Assembly: GCA_008632985.1 (NCBI GenBank)
Contig: QPGO01000002.1
Location: 992,001 to 1,056,000, forward strand
Length of the DNA: 64,000 nucleotides
Source of the DNA: Psammoneis japonica
Taxonomy: Eukaryota
Reading direction: 5' to 3'
The translations under genes and the position numbers were made by a program. Below, piece after piece: positions 35,247 to 47,351 of this stretch (its first letter is position 1; every line of letters begins with the position of its first letter). The notes under the pieces are model-generated. The model saw nothing but the letters and a program-made list of their open reading frames with translations. It searched no databases and was not told the DNA's origin.

Positions 35247-38037
35247 TCATAGCGTAACTTGAAAGGAACCATTTGCTTTCTTGATAACCAACCCGTCATT
35301 TCGCAAATCTTCCACGAGACCAGGAAAATCTGAAAGACCACAGTTGACTTGATTTGCGATTCTCCGAAGGTCGTCCAAATGACACTCTTTTCTACCCATT
35401 TGCTTCAACGCTTCTACAAACGCCTTTTTCATCTTTCGCTTTTGTTTGCTACCCGTCACTCTAATGTTGCTACCACCGCCGCCGCTTCCGTCTGCGTGTA
35501 CTTGCTTCATGGACTCCATCATGAGTTCCACAACGTCGAGTGCGTCTTCTTCTACTACATGTGCCCGCAGACAGGCCTTGGCTCGCGCTTGTGAAAGCCT
35601 AATCAATGCTTCCAATTGTCGCGTAGTAATCGGAACTGTGTTGTTCTTGCCGGATGAGTCCTCATCGGGATACCTACACAACAAGTTAAGCCAGTGAGCT
35701 GAGATCGAGATATGCATGCCGTGAACAATATCGAGGTGTCTTTCTTCACTTACCGTAGCTTCATAAAGTAGTCCTTCAGAACCGCTGCAGCTCCCTGCGT
35801 AAGTTTGGGTTTGCAGTACTCACGCGCATATGAAATATAGTCGCGAACCAAATCAGCAGGCAGTGGCTCCTGTTGGAATCCAGCCACCCAGCCGAGTCGG
35901 TCCTTGAGCGGCATTCGGTTTTCCGAATCGACACTACACCCCTTGAGCAACGACGTTTGCTTTACTCGACCATGAAAGCCTCCGCTACGGTTACCGCTAC
36001 TGTTCTGATCCAAATAAAGATTCATAATGTTGCTCGAAACGAGTCTATCCTGAGCTTCATCGGCACGGTCTCGAAGAATAAAAATCAAGTCAAAGCGGGA
36101 CAGAATCGGCGCCGACATGTTGATGTTTTCTTGCACCGTATGCTCCATGTTGTAACTCCCCTGCTTTGGATTGGCGGCGGCAATCACACTACACCTTGCC
36201 GGGAGCGCAGCCACAATACCAGCCTTGGCAATGGATATTTGTTGCTGCTCCATAGCCTCCAACAATCCTGAAGAAGAGACATTCAGAATAATGAGATTCT
36301 GAAATCGAAAAACAATACGTTGCACAACGAATAACCAGATTCACTTACCATCTTGGTGAACCTTTTGCATTTATCAAACTCGTCAATACAGCAAATGCCT
36401 TGATCGGCCAAGACGAGCGCTCCCGCTTCAATTCCAACTTCACCACCCGCTTCCTTGGTGAGTGATACCGTCAATCCAGTGGTAGATGTCGTGTTGCCAC
36501 CAACGTAGACACTCCGAGCCGCCAATTGGGACGCGGCCAGTAACATTTGAGACTTGCCCACAGACGGGTCTCCAACAATGAGCATGTGTGAATTGGAACG
36601 TGTTGTCGTTGCCGTGTTGGTATTGCTATTGTTGTTGTTGCTGGCATCGCCACTTCCTCCCAATAGACTCAATAAAATACCCGCCTTTACCAAATCATGA
36701 CCGATAATGGATGGACAAAGGGAACGAACCAACAAGTCAAACGGAAAGGCGCGTCGTTCAATCAAACCAAAGAAACGATGATCGGCATGAGACAGCTTGG
36801 TAATGCTCTCGAGCTGTGCTTGTGTGTACACCATGTTGTTGGAGGAAGAGGATGACGTCTTTTCCTGGTTGTTGTTGCTGTTATTGTTGGTTTCCGACAT
36901 TGTCGTGACGGAATGTGCTTGAATGTAGAGAGAAAAGGTGGAACTCTCCTTGGCTCGTTTGCCGGCCGCAATGGCGGAATTGACTGCTTGAATAATTCCC
37001 GCCACGGATACAATATCCCCGGGACGGCAGGAATCCACCAAGCCTTGGGAGAGTTGCACTTCTATTTGTCGCGGTGTCCGTCCCGCGTGTGCCGTGGTTT
37101 CTTCTTGCACTTCTTGAAGCTTGACTTCTTGAACATTCACGTACTTGGCCGTGTGACGCATCAAGGAAAAGGCATTGGAACGACATTTCGGCGTGACACA
37201 CTTGGAGGGAGTCGAATAGCGGCCTTCCAAAAAGATGTGCGGAAGATTGGAGGCACCGCACTTTGTGCAGGTAAAATCCGCCGATACGACAAGCAGCCGT
37301 TTGGGCCGGGCCTTGACAACGTGTCCGCGGACCGTCACAAATTTGTATGCTAAATTGGTCTTGACATTCATCATGGGGACTTGTGGCTGTACATGAACAA
37401 AGAGCAGTGTCAATGGGTTGGTATCTAGAAAGATATCCAACGGCGTAGGCTCGTCTGGTGCTTGTTGTTGTTGCTGCTGCTGCATTGGTTGGTATTCACG
37501 TGGATTTTGCTTGCTCCAGAGCGTGCCTATAGCCAGACACGCTGCTACTCGAATCGTTACAAGAGCATGTTTGGGCCGATGATGCAAAAAGGCTCCAAAT
37601 GAGTGCTGCACAATAAAATCATCCGTCGGTGCTTGTCCCTCGAGTTCAAAGCTGTTGAGTTCATTGAGATAATCTTCGTGAGGAATCGAAACGCGACTGC
37701 CTTTTTGAGGGAGCTGTATTTTTTGAGAAATCACCACGAGACGAGTCAAGGGAAGCAAACATGTTTCGTGTGGGCCTTTTATATGATGACGTGACGATCT
37801 AGCAGTGTTGTCGAATTGCAGTGCTTGCTTCAGTATGGCCATGAAAAAGTGATGCAATCGAACCGCAAAAAACAGAGAATGATCGTCCATGCGTTCGAGT
37901 CTGTTGCTGCTTCCGCCATGTGTTGGGACGTAGACTTCTGTCTTTGTAATGCTAGTCCATAAACGATCAATGTGTTCCCGCTGTGTCTTGGACAATTCGT
38001 TGGGCGACGGGAACGAGAAGCTACGAGACGGCGCCAT
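35247..38037 (-). CDS. MCM8: DNA helicase MCM8
   Basis: Zn finger CTKC..C...C, GRTPR, Walker A GDPSVGKSQ, IDEFDK, LLEAMEQQ, arginine finger SRFD, TRQLEALIRL. Exons 38037-36349, 36267-35754, 35673-35247; one missing A near 36371. Confidence 0.88.
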
Positions 38038-38109
38038 GGTTAATGCATTCGAGTTGAAAATGAATAATTTCACAGATTTTAGCGAAAATACAAAATTATT
38101 GAATAATTT

Positions 38110-41100
38110 TGAATGGAGACCAGGACATTTAAAAAACGGGTGACAGCGCGCACGCGCACAGAAATCCCAAAAATTCCCGATTCAAAAACACCAACCGTCA
38201 CCATGACTGTCAGTTAGTTGCGTCCGTTTCATCCCGGTGGTCTGTATTGTTGCTGTATGACACATCAGAACCCCATTTCATATGCTATGGGAATAAAAGG
38301 CTGCCGATTACTGGTGTGTCACGTTCTCGAGAAAGAAGGAATGTCGGTTGATGACTCATGCACCACTTTGCGGCACAGAGCGACGGTGCATGTTGTGGCA
38401 TGTGGTAGAGACGACTCGTTTATTGCATGTTGACACCAACTGGCATATCTCGGAAATATATGAATCGTGTAAGTGGACCCATGCCATCAGGAAGAGGCAG
38501 TGGCGTAAGTGGCAACCATCACCTGTTTTGTCTTTTGCTTCTGACACAAGTGTCCCACGCACGACGCATGGAGCGGGCTTTGTTAAGAATTCATTTGTTA
38601 CCTTGGGTCGGAAGTCTACGTTTCTAAAGAATCTTCTGTGTCGACACTTGTGATTTTGTGAGAAACCGATGGCACATTGCTTGGTTCAAAGTATGAGCAT
38701 GGACTTGGGACCACACCTGGTGGTTCCGACAGTGTCGACGACAGCGCCCCACTCGGAACAGATGATGGAGTCACGCAGTTGCTGGTGTGTTGCTTGTTTC
38801 AGATGATGGATGACGCCAATTGGCTTGTCTCGGAAATAAAGCAATCTTGTCAGTGGACCCACACCGTTGGACTGGGAGGTTGTGCGCAGTCGGTGCAGCT
38901 GATGGATTTGTGGACGGCATCACTGGTGGTGGTGGGAGCCTGGTCACTGCCAGCACCAGTGGAGGTGGGAGCCTGTGTGGCTGCCAGCACTGGTCAAGGC
39001 GGTTGGAGCATGCACACTGCCAGCAATCGAGGTGGTTGGATCCTTCCATCTTCTTGCGGTGCCTGCTCTTGTGCTGTGTGCTGCTGGCACTGGTGGCAGT
39101 GGCAGCCTGGTTACTCTGCTAGCACTGGTGGTGGTGGGAGCCTGTGTGGCTGCCAGCGCTGGTCGAGGCGGTTGGAGCGTGTGCACTGCCAGCAATCAAG
39201 GTGGTGTTAGACGTGTTACACTGGCAGATGGTGGTGCATTTGGCATTGGGTGCGGCGCACTGGTCGGCGTTGGATGTGTTGCACTGGCAGATGGTGGCGT
39301 GGGTGGCAATGGGCACGGCGTAGATGGGGAGCGTGGGCTGCTAGCAACTTCATGTTCTTGTTTCAGTTGCGTCTTGCATGAGGCAAATGTGTTGGAGCGG
39401 GCGAGGAAATGCAACAACTCGACGCCCTGGAATTGTCGAGTGTGTGCGGAATTGAATCCGTGATTGCACCGGTGGGAGCATGGGCTGCTGGTGGCTTCAC
39501 ATTCTTGTTTTGATTGTGTCTTGCACGAGGCGAATTTATTGGAGTGGGCGAGGAAACGCAACAACTTAATGCCCCTGGAATTGTCGAGTGTGTACCGAAT
39601 TGAACACGTGATTGAAAGATCCGAAATGTCAAAAGCATCCACAACATCAAGCGGTTACGAGAATGGCAGGTGACAAGGTTGTTAGATACAATGAGATCAA
39701 AACAACTCTCTTATTGTCAGTAAAAAGAAGCAGTTATTAACAATGCACATTTATGGTGTAGGCTTGGGCATAAAATTAGCCTGGAAAGCCATGTGTCACA
39801 CGATTGTTCAACGGCATGGCACTGTCGAGTTGACCTTGATGCCACGTTAAACATGTCCCGACAGCTCCGAGACATGGACAGTAAACCTATCCATCTTTAG
39901 CATGTGTGTTTGTCACTTGTTAACATTCTGTCACTAGGATCATCCGAGTCTTATCTACTCTCTACTGCACCGACTTGTTGGCCCGAGTCAATTCCCTTGC
40001 CTTCGTACTTCGTCGAGTTTTCCGGCGCCTTGCCAAAGCCACAACAGTCCCAGAACCAAGATCGATCTTCCTTCATTTAACCACATGGATCCCGAAAAGC
40101 ATCCAATTCTGTAATGATGGAAATTGCAAAATCCATCCTTGACGTTTCAATGTCCACCACCTGCGTTGTCTTGGAAGATTCATTCGCAGCATGGCTTATA
40201 GGAAACGCCTCTTGTACCACGCCATTGCTGTGGGGATATTGACACGGTGATTGCTCACCACAGCGCGATAGAAAATAGGAATCCAATGTGGTAGACGGTG
40301 TCATTTGGATCTTCGTTGGTCCAAACATGACGTCGTCTAGTGTTCCGCCCCGTTTTAAATGCTCGGTCCATCCAGAGCTACGCTTCGAACGTTGTTCTGG
40401 ACCCGAAAGTCTTCGACTCATGCATTCAATGTCCAGTCCAAGGATGTCATCTTGATCACTGCCATGCACTGGTACAACACGTCCAACACACCCAACACCG
40501 GCTACACCATGCCCAATGCCACCATCTGCTAGTGCAACACGTCCAACACCATTTAAACCTGGTGAGGTGCCATCCATAAAACGGTCAGCGGTTCTATCAA
40601 CACTCCTCTCCCCATTTGAAGTCAAAGTGCTACACCATCATCAATTTCATCTTCCGTGCCAAGTAATGTACCATCACCTATGCCATCCGCAATGCCAAGT
40701 GATGTACCATCACGTGCGCCATCCATGAATCCATTGTCTGCACCGAGCAGTGCGCCATCATCAATGCTATTGGAACGGCCAAGTGTGGTTCCAAGTAAAG
40801 AGCCGCTGTCTGCTCCATGCTCATGCTTTGAACCAAGAAATATGCCACCCGTATATGCCATCCGGAATTGCAACGTCACGCGTGCCATCCATGAAACCAT
40901 TGTCTGCAACAAGTGGTGCGCCATCATTGACACGGAAGATTCTTTAGAAACACAGTCTTCTGATCCATGGCAACGTCTGAATTCTTAACAAAGCCCACTC
41001 CATATGTCTTACGTGGGATAATAAAGAAGTGTATCCAAAGCAACAGGCAAATCAATTGCTGGTTGATCAATTGATCAAGTGCAGACACACACAACTGCTG

Positions 41101-41520
41101 GCACGCAACAAGGCACACGGTTGCCACTTACACTGCTGCCTCTTCCCAATGATAAGTCCATTGATATGATTGCTACATTTCCGAGACAAGCCAGTTGGTG
41201 TCAACATACAATAAACGAGTCGTCTCTACCTGCCACGCACTGTCGCTCCGTGCCGAAAAATGGTGCATAAGTCATCAAACGACATTCCATCTTTATGGAG
41301 AAAGTGATAAGCCAGTAATCAGCAGCCTTTTATCTCCATAGCGGATGAAGTGGAGTTATGATGTGTTATACAGCAACAATGCAGACTACGGGATGAGACG
41401 GACGCAACAAACTGACGGTCATGGAGGTGACGGTTGGTTGTGTTTTGAATCGGAATTTTGTGGATTTCTTTGCGCGTGCGCGCTGTCACCCGTTTTTTTA
41501 ATGTCCTGGTCTCCATTGAA
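38110..41520. repeat. Large imperfect inverted duplication (foldback-like)
   Basis: 38113-38225 is the near-exact reverse complement of 41401-41517; patchy homology continues inward to about 39330 and 40460. Confidence 0.85.
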
Positions 41521-41692
41521 ATCAAAAATACTCGAGCTTGTTTATGAAACAAGTAATCTGTGTATTCATGAATCTATAAAATATTCAGTCGCGCCATTTT
41601 TTTCTCAAAGAGAGAAAGAGAACAAAGCCAAAGAGCACAAAAAATCAAAGAAGCTCTTATTGTTCTTTTTTGACGCGCAAACTTGAAACATC

Positions 41693-42895
41693 ATGTCGGA
41701 CGTTGTCACAATCCCGCAAGAGTCGTCCCCTCCACACGAGAAGAATGATGCCAACTCTTCCAGTGGAACAAAGCACAAAGAGTCATCACCGACTGCAGCG
41801 ATGGAACTTCTGTCGGTTGAAACATTGACGGCGCCGCTGAAAAAGTCTCCACCCAAACTCAAAAAAAAATCTGTCTATGTTCGATTCAAGGCGCACTTTG
41901 TAAAGCATCTTAAAGAGTCTTCCATTGAGGTGGAAAACGACTCCAACACAGCCAAGGAGGCTTGGAACAAGGTGAGGCATTTGTTTCATGCTCCCCCGAC
42001 CGTGACGTCATCGGAGAACGAGGATCCAAAGCAAGTTCATGACATTCAGCTGTCGCGACTCTATGAATTCAAGGAAGCGGCACAACAAGATGAAGCAAAC
42101 GACAAGGCTGCGCACGAGGAGAAGCTGTTGAATGAGAGCAAAGTGCATGAGTCAGTCATCAAGAGCACGGTCGAGACTCTCGTTTCTACAGTCAATGCCA
42201 CGTGGGAACCCCCGACGGCAGAAACGGTCAAGAATGAGTCGTCATCCAACATTGAAACCGTTTGCAGCCTTGTGTCAGAGGTCGTGCGCATTGTGGAAGA
42301 TTCTCTCAAACCGTGGCTTGCCGTTTGGCCAGACAAGGTCGAAAAGCCGTCTCTGGAGTCGGCCCGGCAGCTTTCTTGTAAGGTTGCAGCCGATCGAATA
42401 GATGTGACCATTTTCAAAAAGCTCAAGACAGCATCGACTCTAGACTTGTGGAATCACGCCAAGATGCACCGTCAAGCCGTCTTGGATCAACGCAAGTGGA
42501 AAGCCCTTGAGGAAAAGAATCAACAAGCGGCTCGCATCCAACACGAAAAGGAACAAGAATTGGTAAAAAATGCCAAATCGATTGTTCCTCCACAGCTTGC
42601 CAAACAGTTTCATAGCATGATGAAGCACGACGCTTTCCTCAAGATGCATTTTCATGAGCTCATTGTCGACATGGACGACATTTGTCCCGCCGCCTTTGAG
42701 GCGGCCTTTGATTTGCAACAGGGTGTCCGGCAAACCACCATTTCGTCGGATGACTTGGGAATTGGAACCAAGGAGCTTCGGTTTGGAGCCATTCTCAAGT
42801 GTGAAGATGTCACCATTGCCCTCAACGGCACGTCGCTCATGGCCAAGACCAAGTTTACCATGCACAAGCCAGAGAAGTTTGGTTTTTTATTCTGA
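41693..42895 (+). CDS. Hypothetical protein, possibly repeat-derived
   Basis: 400-aa ORF without a recognised domain; only 2 Tyr, many His. Confidence 0.45.
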   Translation: MSDVVTIPQESSPPHEKNDANSSSGTKHKESSPTAAMELLSVETLTAPLKKSPPKLKKKSVYVRFKAHFVKHLKESSIEVENDSNTAKEAWNKVRHLFHAPPTVTSSENEDPKQVHDIQLSRLYEFKEAAQQDEANDKAAHEEKLLNESKVHESVIKSTVETLVSTVNATWEPPTAETVKNESSSNIETVCSLVSEVVRIVEDSLKPWLAVWPDKVEKPSLESARQLSCKVAADRIDVTIFKKLKTASTLDLWNHAKMHRQAVLDQRKWKALEEKNQQAARIQHEKEQELVKNAKSIVPPQLAKQFHSMMKHDAFLKMHFHELIVDMDDICPAAFEAAFDLQQGVRQTTISSDDLGIGTKELRFGAILKCEDVTIALNGTSLMAKTKFTMHKPEKFGFLF

Positions 42896-43439
42896 AAGAT
42901 GTGTGGGCGTAGTGGTGGCATGTTCTCCGAGCATGAGTCTTTGCTTTTTCGTTGTGGGGAATTGATCAGGACAGGGCGGTCGGTGATTGCAGGTTCCAGT
43001 GAAATTCCTAGTAAACAATAGTCTATCTGTTCCGTGTGGTGCCTTGTAGTTTTATTTTGAAACGACATCCCTCCTAAAATTGTCATTCCTTCTTACAGGA
43101 CGTTGTCTCACCTAGAGGGCCGCCTCGTTTTCTTTGGTAGGGCCCTACATAACGTTTGGAGAACTGTTCACCCCCTGCCTGTGCGAAATGACCGTTTTCT
43201 CTACAATGGCTGGGCGCTAGAGAGTGCTGGCAGATGCTTCATTCGCCTCGATCTGTTGAAACAAAAGCTACAATAAGACATACAATTGCACTTTTGAAGA
43301 TGGCTATTTTATAGCTAGAGAGAGACCATCAGAGCTCTGTAGGGTCGGCACCATCTAACATGCATTTTCAAGCCCATCTTTCTTCTAATAGTAGCGCCAT
43401 GCAATCGTCAATTTTTCTTTAGCACACGCTTCCATGCGC

Positions 43440-46400
43440 TTACTTGGTCTCGTGGGTGCCGTCCAGAATGGCATAGTGTACTCCCTCTTTATCCAAAGAG
43501 GCGAGAATGTCTTCGAGCGCGGGGCGATCTTCACGATCCACCGTGCTCAAGGTCTGGTACTGTCCAGGCGTGTATTTGATAGCAAGAGTATTGGCGGCTC
43601 TCCAAGCCTTGGAATCACCAGAAACGTTTGAGTAATTTGTGCCTTTGTACACGTCCACAAATCCAGAAGTGGCGTCGAAAACGACAACCGCCCAGTCCGA
43701 AAGAATGCTGGGGGACTCAAGAGTGTATACGAGGAAATCCGAAAAGGACTGAACGTCCTCTCCGACAACGCCTTGATGAGCCCACTCTGGATGGGCCTTG
43801 ACGACCGCCGCTTCAATCGTGCGCTTGAGCTGCTGGCCAAACGCGCTAATCAAGGTCATGTCGAATTCGTGCAAGGCCAAATCGTCACCATCGGACCACA
43901 TGAGAGCTCGAATACCACGCAAGTATGACGCAGCAAGACTGAGGTAGAAACACGAGTTGGCAAGGCGCTGGTCCTTGTCTTCGCGCTTCTCGAATTCTGA
44001 ATACCTCACCTCGAATCCAATCGCCTCGAGAGCGTGCGTCATGTTAGATTTGTTGGCTGCAGCCTCGGCTCCGTGGTGTTCGAATAGATCCTCTACAGCG
44101 CGGTGGTGATCATGCAGTTCGTGGTCCCAGAAGGCTGTGCTATGTAGCTCCGGTGTTGGTTCGGATTTGGTTTCCTCGGGCTCCGTGACTGGCTGTGGCT
44201 CACGAGGTGTCTGGGAAAGAATCCGGTACGCGAGAGCCAGCTCGGCAAATTGATGCCTACAACCGCCCTTGTCGGGATGGGTCTGCAATGCCATCTTGCG
44301 ATAAGCCGAAGTAATCTCGGTTGCCGTTGCCGTGTCGTCCACTCCCAAGAGCTCGTATGCAAAGGATTCTGTTGTTTCTTTCTTCGCCACTTTTGGCTGC
44401 TTTCGAGACACAATCGAAAAGTCTAGCTCGGACATTTCCATCGCTCTCTTGATAGCGTCTTCTTCCATCTGAATTGGATCTTCCGTCGTAAGGTCGTAGA
44501 AGGTGTCGCTAATGGATGTAGCAAGTCTCATTGCTACATCTCGACCAACGTAAATATGAGTGTGAATCTCCACTCCCGCATCGGCTGCAACGGGAACGAG
44601 TTCCGCGCTTGGTGGCTCCGGCGTGACCAATGCAGTGCCGGAGGGCTCGGCTGGAGGAGCGACTTCTGGAGTTGCTGGCGCACTGTGCGTCTCTACCGCA
44701 GGAGGCGCGGCAACATCCTTGGGACCAGTCGTCTTGGAAGCTCGATGAATGGCAGCAGCCACCCGCACATTGAGCCTTTCCGAATAGGGTCTGGGCACCG
44801 CTCCGATACCTGAAGGTAACGCCTTACTTGTAACCACATGCTTCGGGGGTGGGGAGGCTTCGGCCTTGGGCTCAACCTTCTCAGCCGGCTTCTTCGCAGG
44901 AGCTTCCTTCGGTGCGCTTGTCTCGGCTTTTTTGTCGCCGTCAGGCTTCTCGACCGCCTCTTTTGGTGGCTCAGGAGCGCTGGTCTCGGCTTCTGGTTCG
45001 TCGTCGTGCTTCTCGGCCGTTTCCTTCGGTGTTTCAGAGGCGTCTTCGTCTTTTTTCTCGACAGGCTCTTCCGATGAGGTTGAAACTTCCGTATCAGCAC
45101 TGGAAACGTCGTCTTCCTCTTCTCCTTTGCTACCCTTCTCATCCTTCGACACAGTCTCCTCGCTGGCTTCGGGGGACTTAGGTTCAGTCTTAACGGGAGC
45201 TTCTGGCTCTTTAAGAGCGGCTTCAGCTTTTTCGGTCGGCTCATCTTTGTCGCTGGCATCCTTCTTGTCATCTTTTGAGGCATCATCAACAGTCGCACTG
45301 GCCGCTTTCGGGGTTTCAGAAGTACCAGTCTCCTCCTTTTCGGCAGGTTCTTCCTTGACGGGAGTTGACTCTTCGGCTGGCTTCTCCACTTCTTCTGTTG
45401 CATCTTTGGTTTCTTTCGGTTCGTCAGATTTTGTCTCAGCCTTTTCGGCGGGTTCTTCCTTGGCGGGCGCAGAGTCTTCCGCAGCACTCTCGGCCTCTTT
45501 CGGAGTCTCGGAGGGAGTTTCCACCTTCTTCGCAGGTTCTTCCTTGGCGGGTGCAGATTCTGTGGTGGCACTCTTAACCTCTTCGTCACTCGACGCTTTT
45601 TCGTCGGGTTTCTCAACTTTGACGTCAGTTTCTTTTGTTTCTTTCGGGGTCTCAGAAGGAGCTTCTGCCTTCTTTGTAGGTTCCTCTTTGGCAGGCTCCT
45701 TGTCCTCAGACTTTTCGGGTTCGGCTTCAGGTTCCGTGGGTGCTTTGGGAGTTTCCGCAGGAGGTTCAACCTTCTTGGCGGGCTCCTCTTTGGGGGTGGA
45801 TGCAGGCTCTTTGTCGGCCTTCTTTCCATCATCTTTAGCATCGTCAACCTTTTTGTCGGGCTTTTCGGTTTTCGTAGCAGCCTCCTTGGCTGGTTCGGAA
45901 GCTTTGGGTTTACTGTCCACCTTCTCGGCAGGCTTGTCGTCAGCCTTAGCGTCAACTTTCTTATCATCCTCGGTCTTCTCGTCACCCTTCTTTACAGCTG
46001 TTTCGGCCTTCTCTGCAGGCTTTTCTTCCGACTTCTTCTCACTCTCGGAGGGCTTTTCCTTGTGCTCCTTCGTATCAGGCTTCTTGGCAGTAGTTTCAAC
46101 AGCCTTCTCTTTCGCGGGAGCAGTCGTCTTGCTTGCGTCTACAGAGCCCTGGTCTTTCTTCTCTTCAGTCTTCTTTGCAGGAGCGATCTCGACGCTAGCT
46201 CTGGGAGTCTCAGTCGCAGGTTCCGCCTTTTCCGCCGGCTTCTCGGGCGCAGGCTTGGAATCCTTTGGAGCGGCTGTTTTCTTTTCGTCACTGCTCTCGG
46301 GCTTTGGCTCGGGCTTCTTTGTGCTGGGAGTGTCTTTGACCTCCTTCGCGGGCTCTTTCGCGGGAGCAATGTCTTTCGTGCTGTCAGTCTTCTCGGCGTC

Positions 46401-47351
46401 CTTCTTGTCATTAGCTTTTGGAGCATCGGAAGCGGGCTTCGCCGTTTCAGCCGGTTTCTCCGGACTCTTTTTGGCACCGGCGTCCTTCTCCTTTGGTTTT
46501 TCAGTCTTTGTATCCGCCTTGTTCTCGGGAGCTGGAGTTTTAGCACGAGTTTCGGCCTTGTCGCTTTTGGCAGGTTCAACCTTTTTGTCAGGCTTGACTG
46601 CGGGAGGCGCCTTCTCAGCCTTAGCCTCTGGAGCTGGTTTAGTCTTTTCGTCAGGCTTCTTGTCTTCTTTGGCAGTCGTCGTCTCCGGGGTAGCTTTTGC
46701 CTTTTCTTTCGGTTTTTCCTCCGTAGCCGCTTTAGCTTTTTCTTTCGTTTTTTCCTCGGTAGCCACTTTCGCCTTTTCTTTGGGTTTTTCCGGAGTTGCT
46801 TCCACCTTGGGCTTAGGCATCTCCTTCTTGCCTTCGTCTTTGGCAACGGCCGGCTCCGTTTTCTTAACTTCAACCTTCTTCTCCGGTTTCAGCGGGCTCG
46901 CCGGGGGAGCAGTCACGGGTTTGGATACTTTCTTTTCGCTGCTCACCCTCGTAATCGGCTTTGTTGCACTGCTTGTAAATATACCCGGTTTTTTCGTACT
47001 CGGGACCTTTTGTAATCGTTGGAGCCTATTCATGAACGCGGGAATAAATTCTGTAGCATCCACGTCTGTCCAGTGCTCTTCTTCTTCCAACAACGACATT
47101 CGCTGAAGCCACTCGCCGTCGACAATAGCCACATTTTGTTTCTGGCAAGTAAAAATATCGTGCTTCACATGCGGAGTCACTGCACTCTCATCTCCAACCC
47201 AGAGGGCGTGAGTCGCATCGTAAGGGGTTTTCGCAATTTGACCGCCCAGCGCTTCGATGAAGAAGCCCATTTCGCTCGCATGTTCTTTGTGGTGGTGTTC
47301 ACTCACAAGAATATACACTGCCGCCCTTTCCAAGGGCGCTTCTCCAGACAT
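43440..47351 (-). CDS. BRCT-like, long P/E/K/A linker, UIM, DnaJ and OTU-like protein (paralog 1)
   Basis: N-terminal ALGG..ATH..IVDGEWL; UIM EEDAIKRAMEMS; J domain with THPDKGG; C-terminal NSCFYLSLA..PGQYQ. Confidence 0.8.
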   Translation of the reverse strand: MSGEAPLERAAVYILVSEHHHKEHASEMGFFIEALGGQIAKTPYDATHALWVGDESAVTPHVKHDIFTCQKQNVAIVDGEWLQRMSLLEEEEHWTDVDATEFIPAFMNRLQRLQKVPSTKKPGIFTSSATKPITRVSSEKKVSKPVTAPPASPLKPEKKVEVKKTEPAVAKDEGKKEMPKPKVEATPEKPKEKAKVATEEKTKEKAKAATEEKPKEKAKATPETTTAKEDKKPDEKTKPAPEAKAEKAPPAVKPDKKVEPAKSDKAETRAKTPAPENKADTKTEKPKEKDAGAKKSPEKPAETAKPASDAPKANDKKDAEKTDSTKDIAPAKEPAKEVKDTPSTKKPEPKPESSDEKKTAAPKDSKPAPEKPAEKAEPATETPRASVEIAPAKKTEEKKDQGSVDASKTTAPAKEKAVETTAKKPDTKEHKEKPSESEKKSEEKPAEKAETAVKKGDEKTEDDKKVDAKADDKPAEKVDSKPKASEPAKEAATKTEKPDKKVDDAKDDGKKADKEPASTPKEEPAKKVEPPAETPKAPTEPEAEPEKSEDKEPAKEEPTKKAEAPSETPKETKETDVKVEKPDEKASSDEEVKSATTESAPAKEEPAKKVETPSETPKEAESAAEDSAPAKEEPAEKAETKSDEPKETKDATEEVEKPAEESTPVKEEPAEKEETGTSETPKAASATVDDASKDDKKDASDKDEPTEKAEAALKEPEAPVKTEPKSPEASEETVSKDEKGSKGEEEDDVSSADTEVSTSSEEPVEKKDEDASETPKETAEKHDDEPEAETSAPEPPKEAVEKPDGDKKAETSAPKEAPAKKPAEKVEPKAEASPPPKHVVTSKALPSGIGAVPRPYSERLNVRVAAAIHRASKTTGPKDVAAPPAVETHSAPATPEVAPPAEPSGTALVTPEPPSAELVPVAADAGVEIHTHIYVGRDVAMRLATSISDTFYDLTTEDPIQMEEDAIKRAMEMSELDFSIVSRKQPKVAKKETTESFAYELLGVDDTATATEITSAYRKMALQTHPDKGGCRHQFAELALAYRILSQTPREPQPVTEPEETKSEPTPELHSTAFWDHELHDHHRAVEDLFEHHGAEAAANKSNMTHALEAIGFEVRYSEFEKREDKDQRLANSCFYLSLAASYLRGIRALMWSDGDDLALHEFDMTLISAFGQQLKRTIEAAVVKAHPEWAHQGVVGEDVQSFSDFLVYTLESPSILSDWAVVVFDATSGFVDVYKGTNYSNVSGDSKAWRAANTLAIKYTPGQYQTLSTVDREDRPALEDILASLDKEGVHYAILDGTHETK

